From Bdellovibrionales bacterium (GTDB lineage Bacteria; Bdellovibrionota; Bdellovibrionia; Bdellovibrionales; DASUEL01), in NCBI GenBank assembly GCA_050250255.1, contig JBFWOZ010000031.1, positions 1 to 33,672 of the forward strand: a DNA stretch of 33,672 bases. The letters are read 5' to 3'. The notes beneath the pieces are model-generated. The model did no database searches, was not told where the DNA came from, and worked only from the letters and a program-made list of their open reading frames with translations. How positions within the stretch are numbered: position 1 is the first letter of the stretch; each line of letters opens with the position of its first letter. Shown piece by piece: positions 27,184-33,672 of this stretch. The position numbers and the translations under genes were made by a program.

Positions 27184-29670
27184 ATGAATCCAGATCAGCC
27201 AGAATTATTACCACCTAAATCTCCTGCAAAAGAGCTCGCAGCTCGGCGTTCGCGCTATTCTTTGCAGTCCGGGCGGTTTATTGAATGGGTGGATCGTATG
27301 GGCCTTGAACAAACGTTCTTGGGCCGATGGACTTATTACTTAGATCAACGTTTTGGTGTACGTAAAATTTGTTTTCTATTTCTGTTTACGTTAGCGCTCG
27401 CATTTTTAATGAATTTTAATTTTGATTTTGTCTACACCACTTACGAAGTGGGTGAGCGTGTCCCCGTTGACATTACATCACCTCTTAGCTTCGAAATGGT
27501 GGATGAAATTACGACACTCGCACGTAAGCGAGAGGCCGAAAAACAAATTCCGCCGATCTTTGATTTTGATCAAAAGGCGTACGACGTGTTGACGAATCGA
27601 GTGTATAAAGTTTTTCGTCAAATGCGAAAAAGTGTGTCGGAAACTCGCTGGCCTAGGGATGAAGATCGTCGGTTGCGTACTATCAAAGATTTTTTAGTTC
27701 ACAAAGAAGAATTTGAAACAGCACTGCTAAAACCTGCAATGCCTGAGAGCTTGTTTGAGTGGCTCGTGCAAAAACAATTTAATGCTCGCCTTGAAAATTC
27801 GATTATTGCACGACTTGATTTTCTTTCGAACCACAAAATTGTAGATGGGTTGGGTTTTGTGGATCCGGGACTTATTCCGGCAATTAGCATTCGAAGTGAA
27901 ACGGCAAACTCCAAAATGGTGGAGCAAACGATCGACACGACTCGTGTGGTGGAGTTACGGCAAATCAAGGAACTTCTCACGCAGTATAAGGGAACGGACA
28001 TCCTACCAGATTTGGATAAAAAGAATTTTGTAAAACTCATTGAGTATCTAGCGGTTCCGAACCTCATGTTGAACAATTTAGAGACAGAGCAGCGGCAAAA
28101 GGCCGCTCGTGAAACCGTGTTACCAACACGTATCAATATCAAGAAAAATCAGATCATCGTGAAAGAGGGCAGTCTTTTACAACCTGAACAGGCCGCCATT
28201 TTGGCAGAGATGCAGAGGCTAACTTCTAATCAACGAAAAGATATGGTTTCGCTCGCAACGGGAGTGCTTTTCTTGATCGTCGTGGTCACCCTCTTTTCGT
28301 ACACACGCCGATTTTTCGTGCAGACGCCGATGCTTGAACTTAAAGATTATTTAGCGATGGGTACGGTGCTGGTCATGGCCGTTGTCCTTTCGAAGCTCTT
28401 TTTGTTTGTGAGTTTTTCGGCCTTTGATGAAAAGTTGCGGGCGATTGTTCCAACAAGTTCTTACCTTTTTATTCTGCCAACGGCGGCAGGAACAATGCTT
28501 GTCGCACTTCTCATCCCTTTTGGGGAAGTGGTCTGGATTTTTACCATTCTGCAGGCGATGTCGATCAGTCTTTTGGTCGATGAGAGTTTTACATTTTTTA
28601 TTTTCTCGGTCGTGACGGGAGTTGCGGCGGCTCGTGGAGTTTACAAGTGTCGTACTCGTAGTGCCATTTATTGGGCGGGTTTGCGTACAGGAGCAGTCGG
28701 TGCCGTTCTTGTTGGAGCCTTAACCGTCGTGCTCGGTATGGATTCTGATAACGTTCTGCACTTAGTGACTTGGCACATGTCGATGGCAATGATGGGAGGA
28801 ATTCTTTCTTCTCTTATCTGCATGATGATCGTGCCACTCTTTGAGAATGTTTTTAATTATACAACTGATGTAAAGCTTCTTGAGCTCAGTAACCTGAACC
28901 ATCCACTCCTTAAAGAGATGATTGTAAAGGCGCCTGGAACTTATCATCATTCGTTAGTGGTGGGCAGCATGGTTGAGGCTGCAGCAGAAGAGATTGGCGC
29001 CAATCCTCTGCTCGCAAAAGTTTCGAGTTATTACCACGATATTGGAAAGATGGAACATTCGGGCTATTTCATTGAGAACCAGAAGCCCGGAATAAATCCT
29101 CATGACCATCTTTCTCCAAATATGTCCCGAACCGTTCTCATCGCCCACGTCAAAGACGGGGTGGAGTTAGGTGAGAAATACAAACTTGGAAAGCCGATCA
29201 TTGACGTGATTGGTCAGCATCATGGAACGACTTTGATCTCCTTTTTCTATCACAAAGCAAAGGAGATGGAGGATTCCGCACTGTATTCAGTTTCAGAAGA
29301 AGAGTTTCGTTATCCGGGGCCCAAACCTCAAATTAAGGAAGCGGCACTCTCGATGCTGGCAGATAGCATAGAGGCGGCAGCTCGAAGTCTTGATGAGCCA
29401 ACTCCGGTGAGGTTGCAGACTATCGTTAAAAATATCATCCATAGTAAGTTTATGGATGGGCAATTGGATGAATGTGATCTGACTTTAAAGGATCTTTTGC
29501 TCGTAGAGCTAGCATTCAACCGTATTTTGATGGGAATTCATCATCAACGTATTGACTATCCTAAGATGCGGACTGATCATCGCTCAGATGAAAAAGACGA
29601 TGAAGAAAAAACTCCCCCTGAAAAAAGTGGGAGCGCAAAAAATTCCAAAGGTAAAGCCTCTTCAGGTTGA
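27184..29670 (+). CDS. 7TM-HD (HDIG) membrane phosphohydrolase, PgpH-like
   Basis: Extracytoplasmic domain, TM block, APGTYHHS, YYHDIGK, QHHGT, FRYPGPKP, LADSIEAA. Confidence 0.95.
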   Translation: MNPDQPELLPPKSPAKELAARRSRYSLQSGRFIEWVDRMGLEQTFLGRWTYYLDQRFGVRKICFLFLFTLALAFLMNFNFDFVYTTYEVGERVPVDITSPLSFEMVDEITTLARKREAEKQIPPIFDFDQKAYDVLTNRVYKVFRQMRKSVSETRWPRDEDRRLRTIKDFLVHKEEFETALLKPAMPESLFEWLVQKQFNARLENSIIARLDFLSNHKIVDGLGFVDPGLIPAISIRSETANSKMVEQTIDTTRVVELRQIKELLTQYKGTDILPDLDKKNFVKLIEYLAVPNLMLNNLETEQRQKAARETVLPTRINIKKNQIIVKEGSLLQPEQAAILAEMQRLTSNQRKDMVSLATGVLFLIVVVTLFSYTRRFFVQTPMLELKDYLAMGTVLVMAVVLSKLFLFVSFSAFDEKLRAIVPTSSYLFILPTAAGTMLVALLIPFGEVVWIFTILQAMSISLLVDESFTFFIFSVVTGVAAARGVYKCRTRSAIYWAGLRTGAVGAVLVGALTVVLGMDSDNVLHLVTWHMSMAMMGGILSSLICMMIVPLFENVFNYTTDVKLLELSNLNHPLLKEMIVKAPGTYHHSLVVGSMVEAAAEEIGANPLLAKVSSYYHDIGKMEHSGYFIENQKPGINPHDHLSPNMSRTVLIAHVKDGVELGEKYKLGKPIIDVIGQHHGTTLISFFYHKAKEMEDSALYSVSEEEFRYPGPKPQIKEAALSMLADSIEAAARSLDEPTPVRLQTIVKNIIHSKFMDGQLDECDLTLKDLLLVELAFNRILMGIHHQRIDYPKMRTDHRSDEKDDEEKTPPEKSGSAKNSKGKASSG

Positions 29671-30157
29671 GGTTTACTCTCAGCCGCCTATTACGCCTTC
29701 ACAGCTCAAAAAAGTTTTAAACATTTCAAAAAAAGACCTAGTTTGGTGGGCTCAAGAAGTTTGGGCTTCGCTACAGCGAAGAAAACTTTTTTCTCAAGAG
29801 AAGTTCCAGCATGTGGAAAGCTTGCAAGTGATTTTTGTAGGTATTGACCAAATCTGTGAGCTGAACAAAACTTATCGCAAAAAAAATAAGCCAACAGACA
29901 TTCTCAGTTTTGAACCTTCTGAGCCAAACTCTCTAGGAGAGCTTGTGATTTGCCTACCGGTGATCGAAGCGCAGGCGAAAGAACATCATATGAAAGTTTG
30001 GGAAGAACTTGGTTACATGCTTACGCATGGGGTTTTACATTTGCTGGGTTACGACCATGAACATGGCGGGGTTGCGGCAAAAAAGATGTACAAAGCTCAA
30101 GAGGAAACATTTGAGGACTTGTGTCGCCGATTTGAAGCTGCTAAAACCAAATCATGA
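29600..30157 (+). CDS. ybeY: rRNA maturation endoribonuclease YbeY
   Basis: LNKTYRKKNKPTDILSF, LGELVI, HGVLHLLGYDH. Start uncertain (ATG 29588 or 29600); overlaps the 3' end of the HD gene. Confidence 0.93.
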   Translation: MKKKLPLKKVGAQKIPKVKPLQVEVYSQPPITPSQLKKVLNISKKDLVWWAQEVWASLQRRKLFSQEKFQHVESLQVIFVGIDQICELNKTYRKKNKPTDILSFEPSEPNSLGELVICLPVIEAQAKEHHMKVWEELGYMLTHGVLHLLGYDHEHGGVAAKKMYKAQEETFEDLCRRFEAAKTKS

Positions 30158-31288
30158 ATCTTTCCACTCATTTGCCAGATTTTAAAAAACGCTTAGCCGT
30201 CCTCACCCAAAGTACCGAGGATCTTCGGGGGTATCTTTGACATCCCTAGAAAAGAAAAACGTTTAAAAGAACTCACTCAGCTCGCTAACGATCCCGCAGT
30301 TTGGGAAAAGCCGAGCGAAATGCAAAAAATTAATAAAGAAAAATCCCTTCTTGAAAAAGAAGTGGACGAATGGGCCCAGCTGAAAACTCGTACCGAGGAC
30401 GCACTACTTTTACTCGATATGGCTGCGGAAGCAAAAGATGAACAGACTTTTTCCGAGGTCACTTTAGAAGTCCCGAGACTAGAAAATCTCATCAGTCAGC
30501 TCGAGCTTAAAAAAATGCTTAGCGGAGAACAAGACTCGAGCAGTACTTATCTCTCCGTGAATTCGGGAGCGGGTGGGACAGAGGCTTGCGATTGGGCGAA
30601 CATGCTTTTGCGTATGTACCTTCGCTACTGTGAAGATAAAGGTTACAAGGTCGAGATCTTAGACTCCACGGATGGGGAAGGTGCGGGAATTAAGTCTGCA
30701 ACGATTTTGGTCGAAGGCCCTTACGCCTATGGCTATTTGAAGGCCGAACTCGGTGTACACCGTTTGGTGAGAATTAGTCCCTTTGATTCCAATGCTCGTC
30801 GACACACAAGTTTTGCTTCTGTATTTGTATGGCCTGAAGTTGACGACGACATCAATATTGAAATTAAGACGGAAGATCTTAAGATTGATACCTTTCGTGC
30901 AGGTGGAGCAGGTGGACAGCACGTGAATAAGACGGACTCGGCCGTTCGTATGACTCACATTCCAACGGGGATTGTAGTGCAATGTCAGAACCAGCGTAGC
31001 CAACATGCCAACCGCGATAAAGCTTTGAAAATGCTAAAAGCGGCTCTCTACGAACGAGAAATTGAATTAAGAAACCAAGAAAAAGATAAATTGAATTCCA
31101 CGAAACGAGCCAACGAGTGGGGGAGTCAAATTCGCTCCTACGTTCTCCATCCTTATCAGCTCGTGAAAGATCATCGGACGGGCCATGAAACGAGCCAGTC
31201 CGCAGATGTTTTAGACGGAAAGTTAGAGGATTTCATTATTGCTTATTTGAAATCTGGAGGAGCGCCGAGTGTTGAATCTGCTCCGTAA
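30154..31288 (+). CDS. prfB: Peptide chain release factor 2, with programmed +1 frameshift
   Basis: Frame 0 MNLSTHL...LRGYL* from ATG 30154; the +1 frame continues DIPRKEKRL... into the ORF carrying SPF and GGQ. Confidence 0.98.
30226..30241 (+). promoter_or_regulatory. RF2 autoregulatory frameshift cassette
   Basis: CGGGGG-TAT-CTT-TGA-C (internal SD-like run plus slippery CTT TGA C). Confidence 0.96.
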
Positions 31289-32510
31289 ACTCAGTTTTCA
31301 ATTTTGGCTTATTCGCCGTCACCTTCGTCATGGCGGAAAATTTGTGAATCTCACAACTTTTTTTGCGTTTATCGGAATGGTATTAGGCGTGGCTTGTCTT
31401 GTGATTTCGATGGCCGTGATCAGTGGATTTGAAACCACTTTGAAAAGCGCGGTGATCGGAGTTTCTGGCCATGTCATGTTAATGAAAGCCGGCGGTTCTT
31501 TAGATCCGCTAGAGGAGCTATTACCTCAAGTTCGTAAAATTGTTCCCACTATGGAAGCCTACACTCCATTTGTTCAAAGTGAAGCTATGATCGCTCACCA
31601 GGGAAGAACCGGAGGGGTAGTCGTGCAGGGTGTAGATCCCACCACGGTGAAAAATGTTTTGCAATTAGAGCAGCGTGTGGTCGCCGGAAAAATGGATTTG
31701 ACTTCTCTCTCGGAGCATCCGCATGCGTTGGTTGGAAAAGCTCTCGCCAAAAAATATAAATTGAATCTTGGTGATGTCATTCAAGTGGTCGCTCCCAGGC
31801 CATCGACAGAAAGTGTGAATGCTTTTTCTCCCAAATCGATGAAACTAAAAGTCGTCGGCTTTATGGATTTAGGAAAGTATGACTATGATTTACGATTTAT
31901 TTTAACAACGGCGGAAGCTGCTAAAGAATTACGGGGTGCAGGTAGCGGGTACTCCGGTCTAAAAATTCGATTAAAAGAAGATCGAGATGCGCAAGCCGTC
32001 AGTCAGAAATTGTCTTCGGAGCTTGGTTACCCTTACTGGGCTCGTGATTGGGTCGACATCAATCGCAATTTGTTTGAAGCTATTCAGCTAGAAAAAGCAG
32101 TGATTTTTATTGTTCTTCTTTTTATGGTTTTAACGGCTTGTTTTAACATTTGCAGTACGCTTTTTGTGAACGTGCTGAAAAGATACGTGGATGTTAGTAT
32201 TTTGCAGACGATGGGTGCGAGTCCTCGTTTTATTATGGTTCTCTTTTCTCTTCACGGATTGGTGATTGGTTTATTGGGTTCATTGACCGGTGTGGGGTTC
32301 GGTGTTTTGGCCGCACATTTGCTCGCCCGCTCGAGCCTTTTTTTGATTCCTGCGGAGATTTATAAGTTGGATCATCTCGACGTGGATTTTCGCTTATTAG
32401 ATTTATTAGCAATTATTGGAGCGTCGATGTTGATTTGTCTTTTCTCTACGATCGCTCCGGCTTATCGTGGTTCGAAGCTTAAACCTGTGGATGGACTCCG
32501 TTATGAATAG
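31269..32510 (+). CDS. lolC: Lipoprotein-releasing ABC transporter permease (LolC/E family)
   Basis: IGMVLGVACLVISMAVISGF, DWVDINRNLFEAIQLEK, ILQTMGAS, PVDGLRYE. Confidence 0.9.
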   Translation: MLNLLRKLSFQFWLIRRHLRHGGKFVNLTTFFAFIGMVLGVACLVISMAVISGFETTLKSAVIGVSGHVMLMKAGGSLDPLEELLPQVRKIVPTMEAYTPFVQSEAMIAHQGRTGGVVVQGVDPTTVKNVLQLEQRVVAGKMDLTSLSEHPHALVGKALAKKYKLNLGDVIQVVAPRPSTESVNAFSPKSMKLKVVGFMDLGKYDYDLRFILTTAEAAKELRGAGSGYSGLKIRLKEDRDAQAVSQKLSSELGYPYWARDWVDINRNLFEAIQLEKAVIFIVLLFMVLTACFNICSTLFVNVLKRYVDVSILQTMGASPRFIMVLFSLHGLVIGLLGSLTGVGFGVLAAHLLARSSLFLIPAEIYKLDHLDVDFRLLDLLAIIGASMLICLFSTIAPAYRGSKLKPVDGLRYE

Positions 32511-33192
32511 ACCTTTACTGCGTGCGATGAATTTAAAAAAGATCTACCATCGTGGGGCTTCACAGTTAGAAATACTTAAAGGGATTGATCTCGACATCCA
32601 GGCGGGCGAAGCCATCTGTATTACGGGATCTTCGGGTGCTGGGAAAAGCACTTTGCTTCATATTTTAGGATCTTTAGATCGACCCAGCGAGGGGCAACTC
32701 TACTATCAAGACACCGATGTATATAAAAAATCGGATGATCACCTTGCTACTTTTCGTAATCGCCACATGGGATTTGTTTTTCAATTCCATCATTTGCTAA
32801 AAGAATTCACCGCTCTTGAAAACATCATGATGCCTGCAAAAGTTGCTGGTCTTGCGCCGGCGCAGGCAAAACAAATGGCTATGGAGCTTTTAGAACAGGT
32901 AGGTTTGACTCAGCGAGCGACGCATTTTCCCTCAGAAATGAGCGGTGGGGAGCAGCAGCGCGTAGCCGTGGCTCGCGCCTTAGTGATGAGGCCTCAAATT
33001 TTGCTCGCGGATGAGCCAACAGGAAATCTCGACACGGCTAATAGCAAAAATGTGCAGGATCTCTTTTTTAAACTAAAAGATCAGTACGGACTCACTTTCG
33101 TAGTCGTGAGCCACGATAAGCAGTTTGCCTCTCGGTTTCCGCGCGCTATTGAAATCAAAGATGGAGTACTTCTTCCTCGCATGCGGCAGTAA
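32503..33192 (+). CDS. lolD: Lipoprotein-releasing ABC transporter ATP-binding protein
   Basis: GSSGAGKS, GFVFQFHHLL, SGGEQQR, LADEPTGNLD. Start ATG 32503. Confidence 0.93.
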   Translation: MNRPLLRAMNLKKIYHRGASQLEILKGIDLDIQAGEAICITGSSGAGKSTLLHILGSLDRPSEGQLYYQDTDVYKKSDDHLATFRNRHMGFVFQFHHLLKEFTALENIMMPAKVAGLAPAQAKQMAMELLEQVGLTQRATHFPSEMSGGEQQRVAVARALVMRPQILLADEPTGNLDTANSKNVQDLFFKLKDQYGLTFVVVSHDKQFASRFPRAIEIKDGVLLPRMRQ

Positions 33193-33265
33193 AGGCATCC
33201 ATGCCTGATGGGGGCTGCTTGCCCCCATACCCCCATGTTCGAACGGTCTTCCGGACCGTTCGATG
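33191..33265. repeat. 75-bp three-hairpin interspersed repeat, copy 2
   Basis: Identical to 22095-22169; begins within the lolD stop codon. Confidence 0.95.
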
Positions 33266-33364
33266 GAGGTTTTTGTCAGGGTCTCACACTTTGCTTAGGA
33301 AGCTTGGTATCTAACGACTTTCTGATCGTTTCGGTGCACCCATAACATTGGTTTATTGCCAAGA

Positions 33365-33392
33365 AGATAGACTTACTTTAAAAAGTCTATCT
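33365..33392. promoter_or_regulatory. Perfect inverted repeat adjacent to the RBS of the GNAT gene
   Basis: AGATAGACTT-N8-AAGTCTATCT followed directly by GGAGA. Confidence 0.5.
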
Positions 33393-33402
33393 GGAGAAAA
33401 TT

Positions 33403-33548
33403 ATGGAAATCAAATCAATCGAATCCGTTGAAGCATCAAAGTCCGTTTTTCCAATTATGAATGAATTAAGAAGCCATTTAGATGAATCAAAATATTTGGA
33501 TCTTTTGCAGGCTGCCAGGGCAAATGGCTATGAGCTGTTTGGAGCATT
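33403..33548 (+). pseudogene. GNAT-family N-acetyltransferase, N-terminal fragment interrupted by an IS3 element
   Basis: FPIMNELRSHL...GYELFGAF resembles small GNAT N-termini; the frame then runs into the IS terminal repeat. Confidence 0.75.
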
Positions 33549-33672
33549 TGATCTTCCCCCGAAAAAATGGACACGAGATTCATGCTGCTTTTGCTAGTTT
33601 CTCGTACTCGTTCGGGGCCATGTACTCAAGAGCGGAGTGACGTCTCTCGCTGTTGTACCAACACTCGATCCA
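33549..33672 (-). mobile_element. IS3-family insertion sequence, right end (partial)
   Basis: Terminal repeat TGATCTTCCCCCGAAAAAATGGACAC starting with TG at 33549, adjacent to a transposase C-terminus. Confidence 0.92.
33580..33672 (-). CDS. IS3-family transposase OrfB, C-terminal 30 aa (partial)
   Basis: Hand translation WIECWYNSERRHSALEYMAPNEYEKLAKAA* matches the YN..RRHS.L.Y..P..E pattern. Confidence 0.92.
   Translation of the reverse strand, partial: WIECWYNSERRHSALEYMAPNEYEKLAKAA

Noticed and set aside
22095..33265. CRISPR array, or att sites bounding an 11-kb island
   Set aside because: Only two copies, no spacer periodicity, no cas or integrase genes, and the enclosed DNA is essential core genes (murJ, rpsT, prfB, lolC/D).

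Overview
Bacterial chromosomal window, probably from a Bdellovibrionota-like (former deltaproteobacterial) organism. This is inferred from gene content and protein families, not proven. Both window edges fall inside insertion sequences that each interrupt a gene: a putative IS5/IS1182-type end on the left and a clear IS3-family right end on the right. The left half (about 1-16.9 kb) is accessory: LysR regulator, glycoside-hydrolase/tandem B-lectin lipoprotein, PAP2 phosphatase, OprO/P-like porin, AlkC, VOC protein, a probable islet beside tRNA-Glu/tRNA-Lys (membrane protein, P-type ATPase, Fic, ClC), a HAD-like lipoprotein and a secreted protein. The right half is mostly core: purA, serA-like, class-V aminotransferase, lptE, holA, murJ, rpsT, PilZ, mazG, 7TM-HD, ybeY, frameshifted prfB, lolC/E and lolD. 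The most unusual locus is a stand-alone HNH endonuclease between holA and murJ. It carries a near-identical palindrome in its promoter and inside its coding linker. It is flanked upstream by structured non-coding DNA, including a 75-bp three-hairpin element repeated exactly 11 kb away, and downstream by a GGA-rich three-way-junction element.
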